Of a stretch of 64,000 bases of DNA, positions 1 to 14,105 are shown one piece after another; position 1 is the first letter of the stretch; each line of letters opens with the position of its first letter. Below the pieces are notes generated by a model. The model worked only from the letters and a program-made list of their open reading frames with translations. It made no database searches and had not been told where the DNA came from. The stretch is from positions 434,001 through 498,000 of the forward strand of contig CM022676.1 of NCBI GenBank assembly GCA_012295275.1, read 5' to 3'. This DNA comes from Chrysomallon squamiferum. Lineage: Eukaryota > Animalia > Mollusca. The translations under genes were made by a program, and so were the position numbers.

Positions 1-432
1 ACTTATATTTGGATAATTTGTCAACATTTTCAAGAAAATGATAATAGTGAATAAATGAAATGAAGTAATCAAACATTAACACTGATATTTTTGAAAATAA
101 TAAACATTAAATTTTTCATAGAATTTCTATACATCATGTTTGAAATGTTTATCAATTTATTGATCAGTAAGTAATTTTGGATTATATTAGTTCATTTATT
201 TTGTCATTAATATTTGCAATTACTAAAAATATAACTATATAGAAATGTAACCTCTTTTACTTTCATGTAGCATATATATAATTACTGATGTTATGTAATA
301 ATGATTTGATTTTTATTATAATATCCAACATAACAGTCTTTAATTAATATATTCTTTTATTTCTTCACCATTTTAAATGTTATAATAATTATTTATTTTT
401 ATTTTCATTAGGGAAAGTATCCTAACAGAATT

Positions 433-3400
433 ATGTACCTGAAGTTTTCAAACATCATATTTCTTTTGAGTTATGTGATAGAACTGGTTTCAGGCAGTAA
501 GTATATTAACATTTATAAATGATTACCAACCTGAGATTGCATGGAATTGCAGTATAGGGAAACTAAATATGTTATCTGTTGATCATGTTTTGATGAAAAT
601 ACCAAATACTGTAAAAAAGTGTGTAGCTACACTTGATTTTATATGTTTGTGTGTATTTAATATTGCTTATATATATATATATATATATATACCATATATA
701 CTCGTGTACAAAGCGACCTTATGTATAAGTCGATGTGTATTTTAAGACCAAAAATTGCGTCATTTTAGGTATTACTTGTGTATAAGTCAACTGTAGATTC
801 CAGGCACCGTCACTTTGTTTTCGATTTGTCGGTAGTGGATATTAATGACGATTGCAATATTATTTCACCAAATTCTTTACAATTACACAAGTGAGTTTTG
901 TTTTTGAAATTAGGACCGATATTTAGTGCAATTTGGCAGAGAAGTCTGCATTCCTAGATCATTGCAAGACGCTGTAAGGCATAACGCCGTACTGACGGTT
1001 TTTTCGCTTTAAAATGTATTTTTATGTCATTAAATGGAAGAATATCATGTTTTACATTCATATTTGGTTTTGTTATTTATTTTTTCAAAATGTTTTATAC
1101 GATAAAATTTTATTTTTGAAAAGCTGAAAGACCGCGATTATTTTAGATGCATCCCGTAGCAAAAAATAGTCAAAATGGCGACTCTTCAGCAACAGCTACA
1201 AAAGCATCACCTATGTATAAGTTGACTTATACACAAGTATATACGGTATGTATATACACACACATAAATATAGATACACAGAGATATATTATATACAAAA
1301 ACACACAGACAAGAGCATATCAAGTTTAGTAGATTAGGGGTGCCCCCACCTTTTCAGCATGTGAACTACTTTTAAAGTGACCAGGTCATATATATATATA
1401 TATATATACTGAGTATACTTTATGTATATAATATGTTGGTGTACCTTGCTTAACTGCATGAACCCATATGACACCATACAACTCTGTACATTTTTGGTCC
1501 TTATATTACTCTGATGAGTTGCACTGAGCCAGGGTTGCATAGTGTGGACTGTAGCTGCTAGTAGCCAGTGTCAAGCAGATGTCCACATGATCATCAGTCC
1601 TGGTAGAAAAGCATTTTACCTTAACAATCTTCATGTGGGTAAAGACAGACTCATATAAATAAGTGGAGCTGAAAAGTGTGCATGTGTGTATTTATATGTA
1701 TGTGTGTGTTTGTGTAAATACAAAAATACACTTTTGTGCTTTGTCTATATGAGTGTTTGTGTGAATGTTATATGTGTGTTTGTGTGTGTAAATAACTGTG
1801 TGTGTGTGTGTGTGTGTGTATGTAATGTCTTGTATGAAACAAATCATTTAACTTTTGATGCTCATTTTCTTTTTGCTCTTTTAATTTTGTTTGTAAGCTG
1901 CCTATCTGACAGTGAAAACACCTGATCTCATTGATGGTAAAAAGACAACTGTACGCTGCATGCTAAGATACCCAAAGAAGATAAACAATATGAAATGGGT
2001 AGTGGAAGATTATAAAAGTTTTCCACTTAAACAAAATTTCAAAGTTATTAAAGCTAGCAGTACCTTGTATATCATGATGGCTGAATTAATATTTTATCCC
2101 AGCGTTGACATGAATATACAACCTCAACCTAAATATTTATGTACTGCCATGATTGATGGTACGCAGCATAAAGTTCCTCTGGTTCTGGATGTTTACAGTA
2201 AGTATATTTTATGTTACCTAACATTTTTGTAGTGTCCACAAAATTAAATCCATCTTCAATTTTAAGCAAGAGTTAGATGTGGTAATTTCTTTATGACTAA
2301 ATATTGTAGTTGAAATGTAGTAAAAGTGTTAGAGTTAAGGTTTAGTAATAGCATTAAAAGTTAAGGTCTAGTTATAGAGTTAAGCTTTAGTGTTACGCTT
2401 TAGTATTAGCATTGGATTTAGTAATAGCTTTAGAATTAGTAATACTAAAGTTATTATTATTATTACTTAATAAAGCAATTCCCTCTGCACCTACAATTAC
2501 AACATCTCGTATGGTGAAGGCCAATATCCCGATAGAGTTTCAGTGCTTTTCAGATGCTTCCAATCCACCTGCAGCATTATACTGGACTTTTGATGGTAAA
2601 AAATATAAAGGCAGATCAGTAGAAAAAACACTTCAGGATGATAATACTGTGGTAGTTGAAAACACTGTCACTTTGAAACTGGAGCCAGATGATGATGGAA
2701 AGATGCTTAAGTGTCTGTTAGAACACGATACTCTGACCGAACCAAAGGTTAGCAGTATACAGTTGGTAGTGCATTGTAAGTAGAAACAAAATGTATTATT
2801 TATTTATTAATTAAATTTATTCCTTTCTTTCTAGTTTTTTCATCAGTCATCATCTTAGTAATCCTAATTATAACAGTTTTTATTTTTGTTAGTGTTAAAA
2901 TTACTATTATTGTTATTGTTGTAGTTGTGGTTATTAATTAAATACGTATTGATGGTTTAAACATTTCTTATGCACATATCAGTTTCATAACAGTTACTGA
3001 TTTTGTGTGTGTGTGTTTATATGTCCAAAAAATCCACAACGTCTCAGATATAAGGCTAAAATCTGACGACAGGAACTGAACACAGTTCCACGAACCCTAA
3101 GGCTGACGATTTTACCACTTCTGTATATCGTCTACCTAATTGTCATCTTAGTTTTCTATATATTTACTGTCTTTACTATTGCTGATCTAACAGTTAGTTA
3201 TTATTTCTGTATCATGCTCTCATTTATCCATTTACAGTAGAAACTTTAGTTTGTTGGATTTTTATGGTAAAGGATGTTGTTGACTTAGTGACAATTTTAA
3301 CATGGAAGATTTTAATTTCATATGCTGAAATTCATTATCATAGTGCTTGTTCTCTCACCTACTTGAAATAATTTTTAAGCAGCTAAATCTTTTTCTATGT

Positions 3401-6400
3401 CAACTGAATAATTTTGAAGCATTGTTTGTTTTTGTTGTTGTTTTAGATGCTCCTATTGTGACTGTACCAATAGATTCATACACTGTAATCATGGGAAAAT
3501 CTGTCACATTACAATGTACTGTGAACTCTCGACCAGAGGCAACAGTTTCATGGAAAAAAAATGGTGAAACACTTGATCTAAAAGATGAACACTATCAAAA
3601 TGGACAAACTCATGAAAAACCATCATTAGTAATACATAACTTAAAAAGAGTAGATACAGGATCCTATCAGTGTGTTGCTGAAAATGCTTTAGATGAAGTG
3701 AGCAGTACAGACATTAAGCTGAGTGTTGTTTGTAAGTATAAATATTTATAAAAATATCTGGGTTTTCAAAAGGGGAAAAAGTTATATGGGAGGCAATACA
3801 ATATATATCACTGATTATTTGTATATTTCACATTTACTAGTAAACATATATTTTGTATAACTGTGTTTATTATTACAATTTGGGTTTACTTTTCTTACAC
3901 CCATCCATTCATTCATTGTTACATATATGCATGGTCATGTACAGAAACACACACACACACACACACACATCTGTACAACATATATACATAGACACACACA
4001 CACAAACACATACATATACCACAGAAATAAAAATCCCACAAAAAGTTTAAATAAATAAATTAATATGATTGTTAGATACCCCACTGGTGAAGATACTGAC
4101 TTCATCCTATGAAGTAATGTCTTCAAAAGAAGTCACTATGAGATGTTATGTTATGTCAGAACCACCAGCTGAAATTCACTGGATGAAAAATGGCAAACAA
4201 ATTTATGAAAACGCAGATTATTATATTTATGGAGGCACAAACACATCTCCAGAGCTGATAATAAAAAAAGCTCGATATTTTGATGCTGGAGTGTACCAGT
4301 GTGTTGCTGAAAATCTGGTGGGTACCAAGAAGAGTCCAAATATCACACTGACTGTTACCTGTAAGTACAAAACATCACACGATTTTTGTAGTGTCATCAA
4401 CTCACAGATTAAAAGTTATAATAAATAATTAGAACCATTATCTTATGTAGATATCACAAGATTATTCATCCTTGGAGTTCTCTTTGGCTATTTTCAGTTG
4501 TAGCAATAAATGCCATAACAAAATACTTCTGATTATTGCAAAACAGTTTGCTGGCTTGAGATGAAAATAGCCTCATAGTAGTCAAAGCAGCTTTTCTTAC
4601 CAGTACCTGTTTGAGGTAACACACAGTAGTACTGAAGATAGTTAAAATTAATTAATTTCATTTTTGGAAAAACTACAGAAGCCAAAAATAAATAACTAAA
4701 CTGAACACATATACAAATAAATGAATAGATATTTAAATATGCAATGAATTAATTAATAAATCTTAAATCTCTCTCTCTCACCACCCTACTATTTTATAAT
4801 TAATCATGCTCCTTCTAGATGCACCCATTGTCAATTCACCAAAACATTCTTTCACAATTGAAGAGGAGAAACCTCTTACTCTGCAGTGTGGTGTCAGGGC
4901 TTATCCAGCTGCAACAATAATATGGGTAAAAGATGCCAAAAATATCAGCACTAAATCTGACCATTACAAGAATGGAAATGCAATGGAACCTTCACTTACA
5001 ATCAAAAGTATAGATGCATCTGATGCAGGAACCTACTTGTGCACAGCTGAAAATGCTTACGGAGCAGGAAAGGGTTCTGAAATTAGCATTGAAGTGCTTT
5101 GTAAGTACAGTACTTTTCTTAATAGTCATCTTAGAAATGGATTAGTAACATTGTTATCACATGGTGTACTCTTTTGGTTTATTTTGCAAAGCCAGCAGTC
5201 AGTATAGGTTAATGAAGAGCAGCACATGAACTAAGGTCAGAGAATTTACATACTGAAAAAACCCCAAGTTAATTCATCCACAAAAGCTGGCATCTGTATT
5301 CAGATTTCATTAGCATCAGCTGTTCTAAGAAACAGCATGTCATGAAAAAGAAAAATTATAATAATTGGAAATGTTCATCTGTTTCTTGTAATATAAAATC
5401 AACACTTTGGTCACTTCCTTTGTGTGTATGTCTCTGTATGTGTATGGACATATATAGTGTGTGTGTGTGTGTGAGTTTAATCAATCTGTTTTGAAGACTT
5501 AGCATGCTTAATATGGGTTTTTCTTGATATACATTAACCAAAATATTCCTGTTCTTATTTTTTTGGACATTGTTAATTTGTTCATACTTTTCTTTTGTCT
5601 TACTTTTTACATAAAAAGAAATTGATATTTATACTTGATTCTTTATAATATATATAAAAAAGGTGAGAAGTAAAATTGTTCTTGATATTGTTTAAACTAT
5701 GATTTCTTAAAATGCCACTCTTAACAGGTTAAACATGTCCTACATATTTGTCAGACAGTTAAAGTGATATTTACAAAAAAAACAAACAAATAATTACTTG
5801 AACTTTACTTATTTATTTAAGTATTAAATAATTATTTCTTATTGTTATTAATTCATTTATTAATTTATTTCTTTATGTTGGATTTATATTCTGACACAGA
5901 CCTAAATTTCAAAATGGATACTTATAACAGTTATTTATTTATGTATTAAATAATCACTGGTTCTTTATTTATTCATTTATTCATTTATTTCATTGTGTTG
6001 AATTTAGACATACCTCAACTTCATGTAACTCCAGAATACAAGAGTGTCAGAGAAGATGAAAAAGTCACCCTGACATGCTCAGGAGAAGGAAATCCTCCCA
6101 TCACTCGTCTTCGTTGGGTTAAAATAAATGGTGAGAAGACCACAACATTGATTGCATATGATGCTACTGATCTAAAAATTCCCTCTAAGTTCACGATTGA
6201 ATCTATGAAGCAAAGTGATATAGCAGACTACGCGTGTGAGGCAGTCAATGACCAGGGACCAGGTTTGAGCAATTCGGTGTATGTTGTCATTAGATGTAAG
6301 TGTGTCCTCAGTAACTCCTATTACATCTTTTCTTTCTAACACTCTCTGTTACCTCATTATAATACTCTCTATACCATATTTTTGTAATTCTCTTATAATT

Positions 6401-7738
6401 TTCTCTATAACTGATTTTTGTACGTCTATAATTCTCTCTATAATTGATTTTTGTATCTCTATAATTCTATACCTGTTTTTTGCTTCTCTCTATACCTGTT
6501 TTTTGTTTCTCTCTATAATTCTATACCTGTTTTTTGTTTCTCTCTATAATTCTATACCTGTTTTTTGCTTCTCTCTATAATTCTCTCTATACTTGATTTT
6601 TGTATTGCTCTATAATTCTATACCTGTTTTTTGTTTCTCTCTATAATTCTATACCTGTTTTTTGCTTCTCTCTATAATTCTCTCTGTACTTGATTTTTGT
6701 TTCTCTCTATAATTCTCTAGCTGTTTTTTGTTTCTCTCTATAATTCTATACCTGCTTTTTTTTTTTCTTCTCTCTAATACTTACCTGTTTTTTGTATTCT
6801 CTATAATTCTATACCTGTTTTTGTATCTCTCTATAATTCTCTACCTGTTTTTTGTTTCTCTCTATAATTCTCTACCTGTTTTTTGTTTCTCTCTATAATT
6901 CTCTACCTGTTTTTTGTTTCTCTCTATAATTCTCTACCTGTTTTTTGTTTCTCTCTATAATTCTCTACCTGTTTTTGTATCTCTCTATAATTCTCTACCT
7001 GTTTTTGTTTCTCTCTATAATTCTCTACCTGTTTTTGTTTTCTCTATAATTCTATACCTGTTTTTTGCTTCTCTCTATAATTCTCTCTGTACTTGATTTT
7101 TGTATCGCTCTATAATTCTATACCTGTTTTTTGTTTCTCTCTATAATTCTATACCTGTTTTTTGTTTCTCTCTATAATTCTATACCTGTTTTTTGCTTCT
7201 CTCTATAATTCTCTCTATACTTGATTTTTGTATCGCTCTATAATTCTATATCTGTTTTTTGTATCTCTCTATAATTCTATACCTGTTTTTTGCTTCTCTC
7301 TATAATTCTCTCTATACTTGATTTTTGTTTCTCTCTATAATTCTATACCTGTTTTTTTGTTTCTCTCTATAATTCTATACCTGTTTTTTGTTTCTCTCTA
7401 TAATTCTTTCTATACTTGATTTTGGTTTCTCTCTATAATTCTTTATATATGTGATTTTGTCTTTCTATAATTCTCTCAATGCTTGATTTTTGTTTCTTTC
7501 TATAATTCTGTCTAAATCTGATTTTTGTTTCTGTCTGTATTTCTCTCTACACTTGATTTTTGTATCTGTTTTTATAGTTCTGTTTGTCTATGTTTTGTTT
7601 CTTTGCATCTTTTTTCCTTTAGCTTGTAACTCTTTATAACTGTTAAAAATGTTACAAAAGAAATTAATAAGAACTAGTTCCCACTCTTTTTTATTATAAT
7701 TATATTTTTTTACTAATTATTTATTCCATATATTTTAA

Positions 7739-7774
<36 letters not shown>

Positions 7775-10583
7775 TATTATTATTATTATTTTTATATTAT
7801 TATTGTAGTATTTTTTAATTAGGCCTATCATCTGAGAACAGTGTATTTTTATTACTACATATTTATTATTATTAATAGTAATGTTATTGTTTATTATTAT
7901 TACTACATATTTATTATTATTAATAGTAATGTTATTGTTTATTTTTATTACTACATATTTATTATTATTAATAGTAATGTTATTGTTTATTTTTATTACT
8001 ACATGTTTATTATTATTCATAGTAATGTTGTTATTACATATTTATTATTATTACTACATGTTTATTATTATTAATAGTAATGTTATTGTTTATTATTATT
8101 ACTACATATTTATTATTATTACTACATGTTTATTATTATTAATAGTAATGTTATTGTTTATTATTATTACTACATGTTTATTATTATTACTACATGTTTA
8201 TTATTATTACTACATGTTTATTATTATTAATAGTCATGTTATTGTTTATTATTATTACTACATGTTTATTATTATTAATAGTAATGTTATTGTTTATTAT
8301 TATTACTACATGTTTATTATTATTACTACATGTTTATTATTATTAATAGTAATGTTATTGTTTTATTTTATTACTACATGTTTATTATTATTCATAGTAA
8401 TGTTATTGTTTATTTTTATTACTACATGTTATTGTTTATTATTATTACTACATGTTTATTATTATTAATAGTAATGTTATTGTTTATATTTATTACTACA
8501 TGTTTATTTTTATTACTACATGTTTATTATTATTCATAATAATGTTATTGTTTATTATTTCTGCAGTTGCTCCGTCTCTCACACTGACAGATGTGTCGTA
8601 TACTTTCACTGAACAAACTAATTCTTCTGTGGACATTGAAGTCAAAGCTGCTCCTCATGTGGATGATATTGTGTGGACAAAGGATGGAGAAAAGGTGGAC
8701 ACTGAAGGTGGTCATTACAGAGTTATAAACAGATTTGCTAACATCAGCCTGCTTATCATAGACGTGCAAAAAGAAGATGCAGGAACATATGTGTGTACAG
8801 TTACAAACAGTGAAGGGAAAGCCACCAGTGATAAAATAAAAGTTACAGTCCATTGTCAGTATTGAAGCTACTACATTTTTGTTTCAAAGTTTCTTTTTTC
8901 TTATTATTTAAAATCAGAATGAAAACATTTTTATGTTTTTAATTGATTTTCTTTTTTGTATTTTATCTAAACAAATAAGTTTTGATTTAAGTTTCTACTA
9001 TGACTTTATTTTATAAAATAGATTCTGTGTTGCATTATATGAATCTTTTTTATATTCTAATTTCTTTTTTCCTTTTGCTTTTGCAACATATTAAATATTC
9101 TGATTGCCTTTTTTTCTTTTTAAAAATGAAGTTAAATTATTTTTTTATTCTTTTGTTTCTCATTTTCAAAGCTTTCAAATTATATGTGCTGACATTACAG
9201 AACATTTCTCTTTTCTTTTTTCAAATTATATATTCTGATATTACATGATTATTACCATTTTTATACCTTGTCTTTCTTATTTAGAAAGACTTTTCCTTTT
9301 TATTCCATAGTAAAATTAAACTTATTCTTTTCTTTTTGTTATTATTTCTTTATCATGAAGACATTTATGTCTTTTTCTTTTCTTTTAAACTTCTTTTCTT
9401 GTCATATTTATGATACCTAAATATTTTTGTATCAACCTGTTGTTGTTTTTTCAACAGACACAGCAAAAATTGTTGTTAAACCAGAGAAGGTTGAGGAGGA
9501 TGAAAACAAAAATGTAAATCTGTCTTGCTCTTTCGAAGCCCTCCCTCCTGTCACTGACATCAAATGGCTACACCGATCAGAAAACAAAACAAAACTTTTA
9601 CAAGTGAGAGGTCGTTTTTCTGGTGGGACATTTAAAGATCCCACTTTGAGAATCCTGTCTCTGAAACCTGAAGATGAAGGATATTTTATCTGCCAGGGAT
9701 TGAATGAAGTAGGCTTTGGAGCTGGTGAAATGAAAATGATAGTCAGATGTGAGCACTCATATATCTTTGATGAGATTTGAACACATGTCAATGGAGTTAT
9801 CTCTTATATTCAGAATTGCTAGATTATTGCTCATATTTGAGTTTTCATATTTGTCACCATTTCATTGAAATTGCTAGTTAATATATATGGAAAAAAAACA
9901 ACAATCCGGATTAATAATATGATAGAAAGAAAGCTCTTAGATGTAAAAAAAAAAAAAAAAAAGAAAAAAGAAAGAGAAAAAAGAAAAAAATAGTAAGAAA
10001 GAAAAAACAAAGAGAAAAAAAGAATGTTCTAATTCAAAAAAAAAAGAAAGAAAGAGTATATATAAATGCAGTTTATTCTAATTTCAAAATAAAAAAGGAA
10101 AAACTTTATTTTATTATCAAAACAGAAAGAGAGAGATTGTGTGAATGTTTTATTCTAATTTAAAAAAGAGAGAGATAGTATGAAAAACTATACTAATTTC
10201 AAAAAAAAGATACAGATTGAATGAATACAATTTATTCTAACTACACCCCTCAAAAACGAAATGCTCAGTGTATAATTAAAGTTTATTCTAATTACAAAAT
10301 TGTCCTACTTACAGATGCTCCTATACTCATAGAACCTGTTATCACAGTGTACGCACTTCCATACCAGCCTTATCTCCTCGTCTGTAATGTTAAAGCAAAC
10401 CCCAAACCTACACTGTATACCTGGAAGTACACTGAAGACAAACTAGGTGAAAAGACTGGGACATTAGAAATTGTACCACTGAGGTCAAAGCTTGGGTATG
10501 GTGTTTATTACTGCCAGGCAGAAAACAGTCTAGGAAAATCTGATGTATTGGAGATTCATGTGAAAGCAGCAAATTACAGTTAA
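433..10583 (+). CDS. Secreted 9-Ig form (883 aa) if exon 10 reads through to its in-frame stop
   Basis: Exon 10 completes the Ig G strand (DVLEIHVKAANYS*) and has no strong GTAAGT donor. AATAAA at ~11122. Summed exon lengths 2652 nt = 884 codons. Confidence 0.55.
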
Positions 10584-12359
10584 GTGTTAACTGTTCAAAC
10601 AGTAACAGATTTTGGTAATACGCTGATTATAGATAGTGTTGTCCTGCTTTCTTGCAATAGTATTTTCATGTACTTTTCCCACACACAGTATCATATCTCT
10701 CACTGTTACAAAATGTTTTCAGCTGTGTTATATTGTCACTTATAAAATGTTGTAGTCTGTTACATTGTGGTTACTGTGTTACATTGTTAATATTATAAAG
10801 TGTTGTTACTGTTACAAGGTGTTGTATTTATGAGTTGTCACTGTTATTGTTGTATTGCATCACAGGTGACTAGGCCTGTCATTATCACAGTAGTGGACTT
10901 TTCCACAAGTAGTGGGTTCAGTTCAGTTTGAAAAAAAAAAGATATTTACTTAGTATCAATAACATGGAAATATGTCGATACACACTGAAAAAGACATCAG
11001 GATTCTTCTTCTTTTTCATCAAATGCTCACACTAGTAGGTCAAATTCTGCTGTTAGGTATAAGTTCTGTATGAGTCTATCAGAATTCTAGTACATAATAA
11101 CAATTATTTATTCAAATACATAATAAAGTTCTTTTCAGAATACAGAATATTCTTGTATTAATTTTAAAATAATAATTAATATGACTGATAGCAGTTATTC
11201 CAGTTGAAATGAAATTATTTCTGAAATCAAACTAAATTTTATGACCTATTTCAGGGATCAGAAACTTTTCCACATTCAGAAATGAAAGCTGAAATGTTAC
11301 ATCGATCTTTTAAATTATTATATTATATTCTGTTACTAATAAGTAAATGTAAAAATAATAAAACTTGGAATGAGAAGTTGTACTTGATGCTGTGTGGCAC
11401 TTGAAACTTTTTCAGCTTCAGATGACCAGAGAAACGATGTTTTATAAATGGACATTAATAATTTGTGTTCGTAACTTGATTTTTCAAGAAGATATTAAGC
11501 ATCATTTTAACTATCATAACTGGCATTTTATCTTGCCAGATTATTACAGATCAATTAAAATCGAGAAAACATTATAAAAAGAGCTTACTGAAAATAATAA
11601 TAAGAAATATTTAGATTACAATCAGATGTTTTAATTACTACAAATATTAATATGTCTGTATATATCATTTTCCTTTAAGGGCTGTGTGCTGGTATTTCAG
11701 CTATCAGTTCAGAGACTACAGGTTTCCAACCTATGCCCAATCTGATTATTAATTTCTAATGATGTGGGATCAAACTGAAAAAGCTACGACAAATACATTT
11801 TCCATGCCCAGGATACCACCATTAATACATCTGGGAGGCTATAAACATTAGTGCAGCCAGTTTTTAGATATTTAGTTTTGTGACTGTTAAATCAAACAGA
11901 ACCACTATAACTTGTTTTAGAGATTTGTCATTGATCTTGTTGTTTTCTGCTTGTAGCAGATTTCACATCATACTTTTTTCTTTTCTTCTTTTTTTAAAAT
12001 CAGGTACATGCACCTTTTCTTGTGTGTATGTGTGCATGCATGCATGTGCAGCATTGTTCTTGTGTAATGAATTATTGTTTTTTCTTCTTGTTATTTATTT
12101 ATTTTCTTTACAGCTGAACGTGGATATGGTGAGTAGTTTTATTTGTATTCTCAACTTTTTATTTGAGTTAAAAGAAAAATAGTTTTTAAAGATAATTATT
12201 TAATGCAGTATTTTTGAAAAATAATTATTTTGTTATTTTTTAAATTATTTTAATTTAATTTTATATTATGGCTTTTTAAAAATAATTTTTATGTTTTTAA
12301 AATTTAAAATTTAATTAATTTCTTTTATTAACATAGCTGTCATAGTTACTATTATTAAC

Positions 12360-12409
<50 letters not shown>

Positions 12410-14105
12410 CCATCATTATTATAAAATTTTTATTTTTGTTATATATTTTTATGAACTTTCCATTTTTAAAAACATTATTTTTACAAATTTAATTTTATTG
12501 ATTTTCACAATTTTTGTGTTGAACAAGTTATTTTAGAAATATATAAAACACTATTAACAAATAGAAATATTTAAAAATATGTGATGAAAGAAAAATAAGG
12601 AAAAAAAAAAAAAAAAAAAAAGAAGAGAAACAAAAAGAAGAACAAAACAAGCAGATAACAAGATTGATTCAACTTTTACATCTGCAGACAAATAGTTTTA
12701 AAATATCTACTTAAAATAAATTATAATCTACAGATATTATCTTAGATATTATCTTTACTTGGATATAAAATCTATATTGTTATAATATCTACAGACATTC
12801 CCCGCTTACTTCCTATACACCAACCTGGATGCAGATGTGGGGAAGAATGTTAGACTGAACTGTACTACCCGGTCTATGGATGAATCTTACAGGCTGGTGT
12901 GGTATCGTGGGAAGAGAGTTTTACCCAGTAACAAGACGATACTGAATGTGGTTTTTAAAACGGAGGATGAATTGAAGGATATTTACATGTGTGTGGTGAA
13001 AACCCGGCTTGGGGTGTCTGATGTCATTAAATTTGGCTTCTCAAAAAGGAAAGGTAATAGTTAAAAAAATATATATTTTAGTATAAACAAATTATTACTA
13101 GAAGGAAAAGAAAGCATGAAGAATTAATGTAAGAATAAGAAAATGAAATAAAAAACTGATAGAATATTTTTAAAATTTTATTTCACTTGTATTTGAATTA
13201 TGCTTTTTAGCTGTGACTTTCACTTTTTTATATCTTTATTTTAATTTACTCAGTTATATATTGATATAGTTGTTTAACTTTACTTTGGTACATATAAATT
13301 TTATTTTATTTTTGATAAAATTATTTGTTTTTCTTATTCATAGACATAATTTTATTTTTAGCCGTGATGTTAGCACGTCTAGAAATGAAAAAGTCAGCAT
13401 CAAATGTGCTCCTTTACCTTCTGATAATATTCACAATTATTTGTTGTTGTGTGTACCTGTATTATGCAAAAAGTAAGTGTTTATTACTTATTACACTACA
13501 GGTTGAGGATCCCTTATCCAAAACTCCAAAATCCAAGACCTTTTCTAGGCATCAGAAATAATAATATCTTACAGTTTTCAGACTTTTTTCCATATACAAA
13601 CTTGATTTTAAGCACAAAATTATTAAGAAGATTATATAAAATATCCTGCAGACTATTTATGTAAGCTGTACATGAAAAACAAACTGTAGATTCTATTCTC
13701 AAGCTATCTCCTTATATTGCAAAATCCAAAACACTTCCAGGCTCAAGCCTTTCAGATAAAGGATTCTCAATCTCCACACACACACACATTTACAGATAAA
13801 CATTCACTCACATACACACATACATACACAAGCATACATTCACACACACATACACAGACACACACACTAGTAAACAGTCACTCAAACACACCCATAAAAA
13901 CATACATACAGAGATACACTAATAACATACAAACAGATAAACTTTCACATTATAAAACCATGCTGAGTGTTGTGTTTGTGTATATGTGTGTACAATGTTT
14001 ACACAAATGCAGACACACACAAGGATATACAAATTAATTTAACTGTATACACTTGCAGGGAAGGACAAGAGAAGGAAAATCAAACATATTAAAATGTCTA
14101 ACTAA
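433..14105 (+). CDS. Multi-Ig-domain (IgSF) cell-surface protein; hemicentin/nephrin/CD22-like architecture, 9-10 Ig domains + TM + short basic tail (multi-exon)
   Basis: Signal-peptide exon 433-496 (MYLKFSNIIFLLSYVIELVSG, donor A|gtaagt). Ig exons with AG/GT borders, all phase 1: 1898-2197, 2476-2775, 3447-3731, 4076-4360, 4819-5100, 6008-6295, 8567-8854, 9458-9748, then 10315-10559 (or read-through to stop at 10583). Then micro-exon 12114-12128, Ig exon 12795-13053, TM exon 13362-13472 (VLLYLLIIFTIICCCVYLYY) and tail exon 14059-14105 (RKDKRRKIKHIKMSN*). Canonical C..W..DxGxYxC motifs (DTGSYQC, DAGVYQC, DAGTYLC, DEGYFIC). Full model is 1019 aa; the link across 10559-12114 is uncertain. Confidence 0.8.
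692..1246. mobile_element. Non-autonomous Tc1/mariner-pogo (Tigger-like) MITE in intron 1
   Basis: Imperfect terminal inverted repeats: ccatatatactcgtgtacaaagcgac (left) versus reverse complement of the right end ccgtatatacttgtgtataagtcaac. TA on both sides, internal gtataagtc/t repeats, CpG-richer than flanks. Confidence 0.75.
6400..7560. repeat. Intronic minisatellite, ~29-31 bp unit (ttctctctataattctatacctgttttttg)
   Basis: Directly visible tandem array with two interleaved variants, degenerating at both ends. Confidence 0.95.
7845..8560. repeat. Intronic AT-rich minisatellite (tactacatgtttattattattaatagtaatgttattgtttattattat) running into the exon-8 acceptor
   Basis: Visible tandem array ending at tttattatttctgcag|8567. 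Confidence 0.9.
11282..11342 (+). CDS. Possible second signal-peptide exon (alternative start for a single-Ig TM protein)
   Basis: Acceptor cctatttcag at ~11253; ATG AAA GCT... reads MKAEMLHRSFKLLYYILLLI, donor A|gtaaat (phase 1). Confidence 0.4.
13499..13773. mobile_element. Tigger-like MITE, copy 1
   Basis: TA-caggttgaggatcccttatccaaaa ... tttcagataaaggattctcaatct terminal inverted repeats. Shares internal tctcaagctatctcct with the copy at 25246. Confidence 0.7.

Noticed and set aside
6400-7560. CRISPR-like regular array
   Set aside because: Head-to-tail repeats with no unique spacers, in a eukaryotic intron.
7721-8539. Long hydrophobic ORFs (up to 195 aa) on both strands
   Set aside because: Translations of the AT-rich minisatellite with no domain signal.
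9432-9791. Antisense ORFs over Ig exons (also 8545-8853, 41141-41341, 44670-44873, 51830-52033)
   Set aside because: Shadow frames of real exons on the opposite strand.
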